In this document: positions 1 to 12,640 of the stretch, one piece after another
How the letters are laid out: every line of letters starts with the position of its first letter
How positions within the stretch are numbered: position 1 is the first letter of the stretch
DNA from: Thalia democratica
Taxonomy: Eukaryota
Reading direction: 5' to 3'
DNA: 64,000 bases
NCBI GenBank assembly: GCA_965202585.1
Contig: OZ241826.1
Span: forward strand, 76,074,001 to 76,138,000
Made by a program: the position numbers and the translations under genes
The notes under the pieces: model-generated
The model's database searches: none
What the model saw: the letters and a program-made list of their open reading frames with translations, nothing else
What the model was told of the DNA's origin: nothing

Positions 1-641
1 TAAAGGAAAAAAAGTCATCTCAAGTCTTTTGTTACAAACTATTTTAGTTATTATATGTTTTAAATTTATTTTTAGTCTTTTGAATATTTTTTTTTTTAAA
101 AAACTAACTAAAAGTATTCAGGTATTTTTGTATAGTGATTTGTGAAACATGCGTTCAAAAAATGAATTTTTATATTAATTAGTTGTGTATGTTTGCGGTT
201 TTCGTTTAGAATTAAATGTAATACAACCTGTTTTAGAAAGTATTAGTACAAAGTATCACTTAATTGCTTAATTACAGTATTTTTATTCTCAGTATTTATA
301 ACAAGTTAATTTATTTGTATTACCGTTTTAAAATATTTGGTTGTTAGCAATATTAATAAACGAAAAATTTAGAAAAAAATGATAAACGTAAGACATTCAC
401 AGATTTTTTCATTTAAACGTACTTTAAGTTTACTTAAAAAAAAATTTCAGTTGACTTGTTAAAATACATCAGTTTTACTTATAAAAGTATAAGTATTCAA
501 ACTTTTTATAACGTCTTAAGTATGATAATGTTTTTAATGATAATAATAATGAAAAACTATTGAAACGAACAGTAAATTTAATATCATTTATGTACAATAA
601 GTCACGTACTTAAATACAGACACCCTTCAAACGAAATCTAA

Positions 642-970
642 ATTCACCCAAAACAATGTTTATTCACCGAACTCAAACATTGTTACGACCAACTAATATT
701 ACGTCATAATGAGATTGCGGCCGGGCAATTATTCGAACGAATAGGGGGTCGGCCTTATTGTTTAGTTTACTTCTGTGATTGTTATCTGCGCAATTATTTC
801 AATACTGTGTCGCGCGATGTTAATTTCCATTGTTGGAATATGTTCAATGTGTTGCACAATGAGTTCGATTTTGCTTTCGTTCATGACTTCCCTTTGTCCG
901 GAGTTTTTCAGGGATTTCAAGCTTTATTGTGTGCTATTGTAGCTAATTACATAAAATTGATAAAATCAAG
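642..970 (+). CDS. Candidate upstream Shroom coding exon, possibly a divergent PDZ domain (5' boundary uncertain; ATG at 840)
   Basis: Stop-free frame 642-971 (110 codons) in AT-rich DNA, ending ...YIKLIKS-AG|GTAGCA. The phase-2 donor at 970/971 matches the phase-2 acceptor at 15663. Translation includes GGRPYCL and FVHDFPLSG, colinear by eye with Shroom PDZ GGAPWGF and IND.GLSG. Confidence 0.45.
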
Positions 971-2863
971 GTAGCACTTAAAACTTCATTCTTTATTTGA
1001 ACGTTCGACGAAATGTTCATTAAATTTTTAGTATTTATCTAAAGTTTACCAACTATTGAATAAAATAATTCACTGGTACTAAATCAGTATAAGCCTTCAA
1101 ACAATACAATATTATTTTTGTTAAAACAAGTACATGCTTAGTAATTTAGATGGCACGAAACTTTTATTTTAAAATTATTCTTTTAGTTTAAAGAACTGTG
1201 TGTATGGTTTTTATAAACTTAAAAACTACTGATACTTATAATGTTGTTTGCGACTAAAAGGCCGAAAAATCTTTCTAGGAAAAGACTTGTTATAGCTGCG
1301 TTTTTTTTTTACTGAACATTTATATTTATTTTGGTTTTAAGTTAGATAAAACAGGTGGTTTTTTGCGTTGTTGTTACCGCTGTAAGCTGTGTGAGGTCCT
1401 TTATGAAAAATGTTAAAAGTAAAATTTATTGCTTTGCAATGTTTGCATTTCATTGACCGAGGTGATTTATTGCCTATTGTTGTGCTAATAAAAGAAATGC
1501 ACATGTGTTAATAAATAACGAGTTTTTAGATATTTCTAAACTTACGTAATAATATAATCTGTGTTTAACATGTATGTAACATATCTATAAATTAACTTAT
1601 TTTGTAACAATTTGGCAGTAGGAGAACATTATTTGAAATATTTTTTAAGTCGTTAATTTTTTCTTATACAATAAAGAACTTAAAGGAGTTAATTCTCTTT
1701 TTTTTTTTGTTGTTAATTTAATCTATTGGATTATATAAATTCCTGAAACTATTTAAAGTAAAAAATAAAACTTAGTATAAGACATCAACGTATTTACTTA
1801 TTAAATCTGTATGTTCAATTTGTTTTGTTATGCACATATTCGTTGTATTGTCATCAATTGTAATGTGGCTTTCATATGAATTGATGGTATTTTATCAACT
1901 AGGTCTTTTTTGGCTATTTTTATTTTGGTATTTTATTTTTGTTAACATGTTGTAAAAGATTTTACTGAAATTTTTACCACTACCTGGAAGCAGAGAGTTC
2001 AATATGGTGTGTAAAGATTTACAATTTTACATAAACTAAAACATAATTTGCTAATTTAAGAAAAATTAAACATCTTTGCAATGAAGCTTTAATCTATGTT
2101 TTATAAAATTATTTTTGCATTTAGAAACATAAAAGTCACTGTACGAAAATATAATTCTTTCAATAAATTAATTTCAACAAAAAAAAATCAGAAGTTTTTA
2201 TAAACATTTTATTTAGCTAATAGAAGATTAATGACAATGGTAGGGGTATAAAACTTATTGTATTATTAATAATCATTAATAAAATTAAAGTTAAACTTAA
2301 ATTTGGTATCGGTGCAAAATTCTTTACTTGTGATTAAATACAATATAATTTAGCTTGCCAGTTTTTAACATAAAAAGCGAAAAAGTATTATTTTATTTAA
2401 ATGGTCGGAAGCTTTTTTAAACATCTGTTTGTTTTCATGCATGTTAAAGTCCAATCTATTTATGAAAAAAAAACATATTAGATGTAAACAAACTAATGAG
2501 CGGTTTTAATAGTTTTTATTTTTAAATAAAACAATGTTGTTAGTTCCCAAAATGAATATTTTTCCTCATACTTAACGGAGCTTTATCCAAAAGCTTTACA
2601 GTATATTATAATTAAAATTATTTTAAAGCTTTGTTTAACGCTTTATTTTAACAAAATAGTGTTATTATTATATTATGATAAAAAAAAATACTTTCATTTG
2701 AAATTAAAGGTTTTATGATGAACTATTTTAAACTTTTTCGAAATAAAAATATTAAGAAATAATAAAATAGAGTCGTTTTTTGTTAATAAAATATTGTGGT
2801 TTAAAATTTCTTAACCTAGTTTAAAAAAATAAACTATAAATTTATTACAAGATAATCTGTTAC

Positions 2864-3179
2864 ATGCCAGAAACCGGTAGGTTCAGAATAAATCGTAATT
2901 CTACTTCAAAGATGTATTTGATCATGTGAAGACTTTGAATTAAAAGTTAAGCTAAAGGTCAACATTTGATGTTTATACACTATAGTTCTCTGATAATCTA
3001 ATAAAAGAACTGATTAAGTGCTACCACATTACGGCCACTCTAATTATTTAAATTCTTTCAGAAGAAGTACATACGAGCAGTAAAGCGATCGAATCGGCAA
3101 AAACGGAGTCAGTGGAGCCTCATAAGCCAGCGGAGAGCAAAACTACCAGTGTTATAATGAGAAGGAAGAACTTTCAAAG
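2864..3179 (+). CDS. Candidate alternative Shroom N-terminus: micro-exon 2864-2876 plus exon 3062-3179
   Basis: ATG CCA GAA ACC G|GTAGGT (phase 1) joins TTTCAG|AAGAAG at 3062. Only one frame of 3062-3179 is open (EVHTSSKAIESAKTESVEPHKPAESKTTSVIMRRKNFQR). It ends in phase 2 (AG|GTTTTT), in frame with 15663. Confidence 0.5.
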
Positions 3180-6100
3180 GTTTTTTTTTGTTTTTGAACA
3201 ACTTTAAAAACATAAATTTGTTGTTTACATAAAATATTTACATGGCTTTCCATTACAAAGTATTTTTTTAACAATTTAAAAAATAACTTATTCAGTTGCT
3301 ATACGTAGAAATAGTTTCTCTGTTTACTCAGTAAAATAAGTTAAAATGTAAATTGTTTAACACAAGAAAAAAAAAGTTTCACAGTGAAAAGTAATTTTAA
3401 GTTGTGTAGTAACTTTGAGAAAATTAATTATTGTAAGATCACATCATGTGTTAAAAAAAATAAGTATGCTGTTTCGTGACCTAAACTTACTTTGAAACAA
3501 ATTAAAAAAGTTTTAAGACTCGCTATACAAACAATTATGTGACTAATATCACTTTTATTAATGTCACTCTTTACCAGATTTAAGCATTAATGAGTAATAA
3601 AATTCGGGTGAAACCGTTAAAATCCTTGCAATTAATGACTGGGCTCGTTGGAATTTAAGTTTCTTTGAATAAAAAATCTCACCTTAATACTTTTACAGTC
3701 ATGTTTGTGTAATTTTGTTTAATTTAGTCACCTCTTGAGTTTACGTTCGTGACAAAATTTTGTATTAACAAAAAAAGAACAGTTAGCGTAAACAAAAACT
3801 TTCTAAAAATAGAAAGTTTAATTTTGCCAACTTGTTTATATTAACAAACTTGCTTCGTTAACTTTGAGGTATTTGTGTATGCGTTGTAGTGTTCAACTAA
3901 AAAACTAAAACTTGTCCTCTTTAAAGTTCTCAGCTTAAATGTGGTCTTGACGTAATTGAATTTCAAAGAATATAAAACATAACTATCTTGAAACGTATAC
4001 AATAACTGTTATACGGCTACATTAAACTGCTCGTTTATCTCATGCACAATGTATAAGTTCAGCAAGCAATGTAACTTCGAATCAACAATCAATTTGAAGC
4101 GACTTTCTAATTTAAACGGTTTCTTGTTTTGGTCGGTAATTGTATTTACACAGCTGCTATCTTGACATTTGCTCATAAAGTTTTTAAGTCTCTTTGTGTC
4201 AAGTACGGCGTTGCACAGGCGTTTCAGTTTAAAGTTTTTTAATGTATTATGACTGTAAATTAGTTTAGTCTTTAAAAAAGAGCGGAGTGGTTATTAACTT
4301 TTTTGTATTAATTTTTTTTTATTAGTTTTTATTAAGTTGTAATTTATAAAAAAAGTAGTATTAATGTTTACTTAAGAAAAATATTATAAATTTAAGTTTT
4401 AAGTCCGAAAATAAATTCCTTGTTTTTTATTTATTAAATAATTCACTTTATACTATTTTGTTTTTATTTGACATAGTATGAAATATATAATTAAAAAAAA
4501 AATTAACAGTTGTGTAATAAGACTGCTAAATTAAATAATGATGAAAAATACATGATTTAGTAACTTATTAGGTTTTATAATTTTTTTTAGCAAAGGCCAA
4601 TAAGCTTGTGTTAACATAAACAATTGTTTAAAATTTATCTGTCTGTATTTTTTTACTGCCAACAAAAACCCGTTACCTCTTGGAATAAAACAAAAGTTTT
4701 TTGATGTCACTTCTTCTTTTATAATTTAAGTTTTTATTTAAACAAAAACAAAATTGATGTTAATAACTTTATTATTATCAATTTAGTCAGAATTCAATAA
4801 GATAATGAGCTATGATTCAAAACAAACGCTTTTAATGCTTATTAAACTATGAAAAGAATAACAGCAGCAAAAACTTACTAAGATGAAAACAAATTAAATA
4901 AAAAAATTGAACTTGAAAAAACTGTTAGGTTCTTAATTCATCTTAAATATTTGTATTTTTGAAGAAAAAAAAAACTTAAAATATATTTAGATAATAAAAA
5001 GTATAACAAAACGTATTTTGGTTTAAACCAAGCCATAAAATTCTAATTAAAAAAACTGTCAATTTAAAAGATTACATTAGTTTAGTTAAAATTTACTGAA
5101 ATAAACACGCTTTTTTTGATTTGTAAAAATATAATTCAGCTCAACCAAGTGCACTTCACTCGCAGTTAACCTTATTATTTTGCGTTGCTGAAAAATTCAA
5201 GTTCGAACGGAAGCCAACTCAAGTGATTATGACGTAACATCTAATCCGTGACGTTGCTATTTTCGTGTTGATTTCTCGGTAAAATTTGTGTCACGATTTT
5301 GAAAACCTAGTTGTTTTTTCTTTTTATACTACCCTACAAAAATAACTCAGAGTTTTTATTTGTCAAACGTGTAAAATAGTTGCTTGTGTTTTTTGGAATA
5401 TATGTTTGAACAAGTTAAAAGTGAAAGCTTTGCAATGAAAATTAAACGAAGAAAAGGAAAAAGCAATAAAGAAGTGATTTGCGTACGAATAAAATTTGTG
5501 TTAGTTTATGAATTAGAAATTGTTAAATTGTATTTAAAAAAATTATATGTTTTTATCATTTTTAATCTTGCTATTAAAGTTTGTGAGTTCTAACATTTAG
5601 GTTTTTTCTTCTCAAATTAAATTGACTATAGTATTACAAAAATAGGCTGTCAATCGTAAAAAACTTTTTTTAAATTTTTAATAAATGTTTTTTGTTATAA
5701 TTTTATTTATTGTAATATTTTTTAATAAATAGCTGCACATTTTTATGTTATCAGCAATTTGCTGTGAAAACGCGTTATTAACCGCAAGCAAAAGTTCGCA
5801 AGGAAATGACAAAAGGTGTGCTTCTTTTCAACTCAACATTCCCACATAAATTCACCGCACAGCAGTGTATTTGCTGTGACCTGTTGACAGTATATTGAAT
5901 AAACTTATTTAAAAGTATGCGAGTATGCGCATGTGTGCAGTTTTAAGTGTAACAAATTAGTTTAGCAGTGCAACTGACAGCTTCAAAAGTTTGATTAGTT
6001 TAATTATGAATACATGTTTAGTAAATTTGGTGCGTTATATTTTTTACTGGTACTTATTGATATAAACATTTTAAATCGAAAACTATTTTTTCTCAGCCAT

Positions 6101-6318
6101 ACTTAAACGAAAAGTTGAGATTACGCAAGTTAACGAGTGTAATTTGTAAATTGTTCTGCGTACGTTCAACGTTCACATTTGATTATGATGAGCCTATTTG
6201 TTATGGTCTCGCGCAGACAATGAGAAAAGTATCCGCCAAAAAATCTTTGAAGCGAAATTTTGCGGCGGATTAACCCAAAAGCAGCCGATTTCGATCTCGA
6301 TTTTTTTTTATAAATAGT

Positions 6319-6672
6319 TTTCGATGCCGGGTTTCAAGTGTGTTTGTTATCTCGTTTCAACGGGATATCAAACACTGGTTTCGACGCCGAAAGGTTTTCT
6401 GAAAACTTAAGACGCAGACATCAAAAAAAGTTTAACGGTTGCGGAGCGAAGTTTCAAGTGTATGTATTTGTTATCTCGTTTTGAAATTTCCGTTAAACAT
6501 ATATTCATATCTGTTACCTTCGACGCCTCAATTGTTCTGTAAAACTGAGCAAAGATGCGGACATCAAAAAATAAAAAGCAAGGTAATGTTTCAAGTGCAG
6601 TTGTCATCTGCTATTCACTGAGGTTTTAACACTCACATACTGATTGTGACGCGAAACAGATGCAGACATCAG
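6319..6672. repeat. Three diverged tandem copies of a ~100-135 bp module with predicted stem-loops (candidate ncRNA cluster or triplicated enhancer)
   Basis: GTTTCAAGTG at 6331, 6451 and 6588; TTGT(T/C)ATCT downstream in each copy; (TTC)GACGC at 6380, 6519 and 6648; GA(C/T)GC(A/G)GACATCA at 6411, 6554 and 6659. Confidence 0.8.
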
Positions 6673-9600
6673 TAGGTGTGTTGTGTATGTGGAGGTACGG
6701 TTCATTTGACATTTGTCGTTGAAACACGCAACACCTTAGTAGTCTGCTTGTTAGTCTGAATGTCGCAGCGAGCTTCCGTTCTGAATTTGTTGCAGTTTCA
6801 GGAAGAAAGTCAGTCACCAAAAGCTGCACTGTCTGGAGGCTTAGCGTCTTGAGTGTTCTAAAAACAAAATTAATTTATATTTTTAGATAAGTTCGTCTGC
6901 TGAGTTTTAAAAACATTAAAAAGTTTGTTAGTACGTTTATTTTTTGCAGATTACCAAACAAACTCGTCTAGAAACGAAAGCAAACGCAGCAAGTTAAGTT
7001 ATTAATCGTTCAAATAAAGCTTCACGACCCGGCTGATAATAACCTGAACGATGTTTACATCCAGGCTTGTTTTTGTTTGCCACGTCAACAGATTAATCGA
7101 TTAACCTGGTTAATTTGCGTTTCCTGGATGGAAACAGCAAACTTTTATTTTGCTAACAGCGTCGTTTGTTTATGTCAGCCACGCTTTAAGTAAACAGCTC
7201 ATCGGGTTAAATAATTGCTGGATTACCTTAAGCATGCTGCTCAATGTTTTACTTTTAGATTATTTCTTACAATTAAAATTTGTGACTAGATCCCTTCTTT
7301 GATTCTGGTTTAATAAAGATTGATTAAAGTTACAGTGGCAAATCAATAACATATTAAGTCTGTAATTGCCTTGGGAATTGTAACTTATGAGAACTTTTGT
7401 TTCTGATTCTATGTCATAGGGGAATTTTTAATTGAATGGAAGTTTAACTCTTTGTTAGTTAGCCACTTTTTAAAAGGATAATAGTTTGAAAAACAAAAAT
7501 GCTTATTGTTGTCTTTACTAATTTATTAGCACCACAACTTTAATTGCTTTCAAAAGTTTATTTTTTACTTCTTTATTTAAATACACTTGATTATTTTTTT
7601 TTTAAATATGTTGTTGTGAATATTTTAATTCTAATGCTGTCAGAAAGTAAGATTTGAAACAAGATTAATATGCAATTTATTGTTCAGTTAAAACTGGCTC
7701 ACAAAAAGCATTGTAAGTAAGATTAATGAGAAAATAGCTTATGCGAAACAATTTGCACTGAAGGTTCATTGTTCATACTTTATTAACCAGAACAAAACTT
7801 TGCATATTTTTAAAATCTGTATTTGGCAGTATAAACAAATCGACACTTAACTTATCAAACCACTGGTACATTTGTTAAACTGTAGTTGTTGTAATGTGCT
7901 GGTTAACACAGTGCAAATTTGTTCTAAAACTGATTTATGAACAAGTTAAAGCTAGGGGGTTTCGCTCATAAATCATTGTGCTTCGAAATTAAGCTCGTTT
8001 TTCAGCTTCAAACCTGTTTAACCCCGTTACATCACCCGTTATCAAAAAATTCCTCGATTTTGTTCAAATATCCTCAATTTAATCTCTATTTTGCCGGCTC
8101 ACACCTCAAGCAAATTGGCACTGCTGTCAGTTTCAATATTTTAATTTGATATCTAGTGTTTGGATAATGTTGTGAAGAATTTAATTTCGAATGTCGCGTT
8201 CTTGTACGCATTCACATGCAGTTTTATCAACACGTGTGTGAAATACTTGCTTGCTTTATAAAACTTAGCTTGCTCATATTTTGTAATCGTAATGTTCTAG
8301 TATATAGTGAATTAGTGGAAAATGTGTTTTTTCAACCTTATATTGATCTTTTAAACTTTAGAAAGTTTAATAAAATGCTCTCGATTAGTTAATGACTTTT
8401 GTGTTAATATTCTAGTTATACTAGTTTCATAAGAATAATTATTTTTATCTCATTTAACTAGGCATAACTAATAACAGCTAATTTCGCCGAATATAATTCA
8501 ATTTGTGTATTTAATTTGTCAAATTTATCTGTGTTACTATATTGAATTACTACTTTTGCCGTGGCACAGACAGTATTTTAAAAGCTAGTGAAATGTTTTC
8601 ATTATAACCAGTTTTGATCTGGCTCAAATCTAAAACAAACATCTTAATTATCGCCACAAATTCCAACGATGAATTAAACGGATAGCAGGCACTTGGCATG
8701 CTCTGGAATGCCAACTATTCGCAAAAACTCGGCTACAATTAAAAGAACTTCAAGCCAAACTTTGTCGAACTTTTTGTTCATGAAAAAAACCAGCTGTGCA
8801 GCACAGTATCGAACACAGTTTATTTTTGAATAAAAAAGGTTTTGTGTAGCCAGACGTTGCAACGTTTCAATATATAACAGCATGCATTAAGAAATATTTA
8901 AATTGATATTAATGTGCATGTATGTGTGTTTGTATATAAACACGTGTAGACTGCAACACTGCCGCAACCTGTAATCAGATTAGTCTGAATTTTTCAGATT
9001 CTCTGAACAATTCTCTGTTTCCGATGCCGGCGTTTTGTTCAGCAGACCAAGACGGTAAATTTGTATTGAAAAAATTTAAAAGCGTGTTTTTAGCCAGAGC
9101 CCACTTATTGTTGGTTTTTTTTTTAATTTGCAACTAACTACTTTCAATGAATATACATTTTTAAGTCTGCAAATTTTTGATGCAACATAAAAAGTTCGAG
9201 CAAGCGAATTTTGATAGACGCGAGCGCAAGAAAAAAAAAAAGTATTTTCTCTGATTGCTGCAAATCGCCTTGAGGTCTCACTTTAGTTTTATCGAGAGAG
9301 AAAAGGCACCGTCAGACTAAACATTGCCGAGTGCGTCTCATCAGTTCTCATCAGTTTTTCGTTAATCGCAGATCAGTATTTTGCTTCGCCGACGCCTTTT
9401 AAAAGTTGGTCAAGTTCAGTTTAAGGAATAATTTTGTTTTTTAGTTTTACTTTTTCATCACGCTAAAATTACATTAGTTTTTATTAATTATTGGTAATAA
9501 TTAAGGTGAAATTATTTTAATTATGAAAAACCAAGTATTTGTTTTTTCCAAGCTGTTTAGGGTTTCTTGTTAAGTTTACGTGTTAAGTTAAAAATACCTA

Positions 9601-10718
9601 ATTGATTTTTAACAGAAACTTTATGCAACATGTAGTGTAGAGTTAAACTACCACAAACAGTATCTTTTTTACTACCTTAAAGTTTTGAATCATTATTATT
9701 TTAACGTTTTGTTTGTTTTGACAACGTTCAAGTTTTCTTTGTGCTTGCGAAAAATTCCCAAAATGTCTCATTTACATTGTGACATCACTAACTGAACAAG
9801 ACTTGACCGTAAATAGGCTCTTTGTTAACAGATCAATTCAAATGTATTCATGAAAAAGTTTTATCTTTCTTGCCGTCGTGCTTTATTTGTGTACAATACA
9901 CTTAAATTTTGTTACGTTTTATTGTTATTTTTAGAATGTGTTGGTTTGTTGAAATTTTCTGCTCAGAATTATTGTAATTTTTTGAAGGTATTTTTGCTTA
10001 AGAAAATAATAAAATGAGTGGTTTTAGATGTGAACAAAGAATTTTTTAAACTTTTATAAGTTATACGTATAAAGAAATAATATAACAAAAATAGAGATAA
10101 ATTATTACAAAAATTAAAAAAAGTTATATGGAAAAGTACTTTAACGATGGAAAATAAATTTTATTAAGTTGAATATAACTTAGGTGAAGTTAGATGAGAA
10201 ATCAATTAAACTTACCACTTGACAGCTAATTACCCAGTTTGCAGCCACTAAAATGACTTTTAATTGTTTGTAGGTAAAAGTTTACAAGTTCAAAACCTTT
10301 GGCTTGCACAAAACTGTGCAGAAACTAAATAGAAAAATAACAGGTTGTTGAAGTTTATTTTTAGAATGGCAGGATCAAAATTGCATAAGTTTTGTAAACG
10401 TGATTAAGACATGTTGTACAAGTTGAAACAGGAATAATAGTGGAGGTTTTAACTTTTTGATAGCGATATAAAGGTAAACTTACTAAACTAATAGCAATTT
10501 TTTAAATGCAGATACCTTGACAGTTCAAAACACTATTAGAGCTACAGTTGTTTTAAATCCATATTCACAAACCTTTGTTGTTGCCAATACGTCATATTAC
10601 CCCGTATCGTAAAATCAATACACTTTGTAATAAAAAAAACACAATATTCGACATTCCACAATCGCATTGCTACTTTCTCTCGTTCCGATAAGTCGCATTG
10701 TGACGTCATAACTTGAAA

Positions 10719-10807
10719 CGTTCGCACAACGAGTGTTGTGCGAACGAGTGTTGTGCCGCACAACGGTTGTTGACCCGCACAACGAGTGTTGTGCGGGTCA
10801 ACGAGTG
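10719..10807. repeat. Cluster of perfect palindromic hairpins built on GCACAAC-GAGT-GTTGTGC
   Basis: 12-bp perfect stem at 10719-10746 and 15-bp perfect stem at 10769-10802, both with a GAGT loop. AACGAGTG occurs four times (10728, 10743, 10781, 10800). Confidence 0.85.
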
Positions 10808-11348
10808 GTTCTTTTCGTGTGGAAATGTCGAGTGCTGTCCAGTGGAATTTTGCTGACCAGCCGATAATATAAAATCTGATATTTTTCAAGCCGGAGTATT
10901 GATAATTTAAAAAGAAATTGCTAGGTTTGGTTTGTAGGTTATCAGACTAGTAGCGCGTTATTAAGAAACACTAACAGTTTTTTTAGTAAATTTTTGTTAG
11001 GTGATAGCTTGTGTTAAATGGTAACTTAAAATAAGTCAAGGTATTGGAAGTGTCTTTTTTCTTATCTTTTTTTTTTGTTAGCTTTTGGTTCAAAACGAAG
11101 ATAAAGCACTGGTTGTTGTTTGCTTTTGCGGATTGATGAATTATTCAGAGTATTTTGTTGTTTAGATCACATTTTCACTTTAACAAACTGTGAATAATTT
11201 ACGATGTTACTTTTTTGTTTACTCAAAGTTTCACATGAGCCAGATGTCTAGAAATAGTTAACTTTTTTTTTTGTTTGGTAAATAGTTGGTGAGTTTTCTA
11301 TCGTTTGATTATTAACTCCGTGCTAGTTTATCAGTTTTTCCTTCTAAC

Positions 11349-11698
11349 CAGGGTTGTCAAAATACCTGAAATGGCAATATAGGCTAAAAAAACCTAGAAT
11401 TTGGAAAATTTTCAAAAAAAAATCTGGAAAAACCTGGAAGTTTAAACAACTCTTTCATGTTAAGGAGTAAAGTTTCGATTTGACACAAAAATCTATCAAA
11501 AAAATAAAAACTTTTGTCATCATAATTTTATTTTAATCAAAAAACATGTTTAAAGAGCTTTAAGATATGTTTTTAATGTCGTTATACTATTTAACACAGT
11601 TTTTTACCTTAAACTTAATTTTTAACTAGATATAGACCCTAAAACGTGTAATGTTAAAAACCTGGAGAAAACTTGCAAAAAACACTTTGGCAACCCTG
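11349..11698. mobile_element. Non-autonomous DNA transposon (MITE), CAGGG termini, 6-bp TSD; copy 1
   Basis: TIRs CAGGGTTGTCAA...TTGGCAACCCTG, flanked on both sides by TCTAAC. Carries subterminal AAAACCT(G/A)G repeats. Homologous along its length to 28044-28376. Confidence 0.88.
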
Positions 11699-12359
11699 TC
11701 TAACTTATAATATGTAAAGTTGAATTTTTACAGTCTGAGTTACTTATACATCTTTCAAGAAATTTAAGAGATCGTTTTTGATTAGTAGTTCTTGTTTTGC
11801 ACCGTAGCTTTTCACTCGAAACTCCATTTATTTCAAATTGCATCCTCTGCATTATGATTGAGTGGTTTATGCGCGGATGAAGCAGATTGATAGCACGAAA
11901 TTTTGTGTAATGTAAAAAAAAACACTTGGAGATAAACAACGCTGAAGGTACATTGTAACGAGCATTTAACCCGATTTTCCGGTTTATTTGCTGTTTCTAC
12001 CGTGCATAATCTGCAGATCTTACCAGCAGATTGCTTGCCTAAACACAACTGAATTGATCTGTAATTGAATGAGAAGTATAAAGTGTTTTCTGGCGTTTAT
12101 GTTTAAAGTTTTTATACAAAAGATTACCTTTTTAGCTTATTTATATAAACAAAAAAAATCAGATAAAAGTCAAAGTCATAAAAGTTGTTAGGGTGCAAAT
12201 AGTTGTATAAAATAAAAAACATAGTTTGTAAAATATAAAATTTCTTTTTTTTGTTAAAAAACACAATTGATACTAAAATAAATGAGTGATATATTTCTTC
12301 AAACGAATTTGTTTTCTTTTGCATGCATTACAAAAAAGTCAGCCTCTTTCAAAGAAATC

Positions 12360-12640
12360 CGTTGAAAGTCTTTTATCACCAAAAGCTATTTTCAGCACAA
12401 TTGGGTACACCTGTGCTCGGCGTTTGATTGGTTGATTAACGCTCTGCTTAACTCTGCTTGTTTTGCCAAGTTTCCTGCGCGTTATCTATTTTGAGAACGT
12501 TTCCAGTAAAAACCGTTCGCGCCGTGTGAGATATTGTTTGAAAAGATAACAAGTTTTATGTAAAGGAAGTGAAGCAATTTGAATTAAGCTAAAAAATGTT
12601 ATAACTAAAGTTTTTTTGGTAATTAAGGTTGTTATTCAGG
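12360..12640 (+). promoter_or_regulatory. GC-richer island in the Shroom 5' region, candidate alternative promoter/first non-coding exon or enhancer
   Basis: Locally CpG-rich with CACCTG, ATTGG and GATA-type motifs, ending at a donor-like CAG|GTTAGG near 12639. Motif presence alone is weak evidence. Confidence 0.3.

Noticed and set aside
9300-9356. Two CTGATGAG words on the minus strand, a possible second hammerhead
   Set aside because: No GAAA after a stem II and no stem III/NUH geometry.
10542-10889. 115-aa minus-strand ORF
   Set aside because: Spans the palindrome array, which happens to lack stops in this frame; no recognisable domain.
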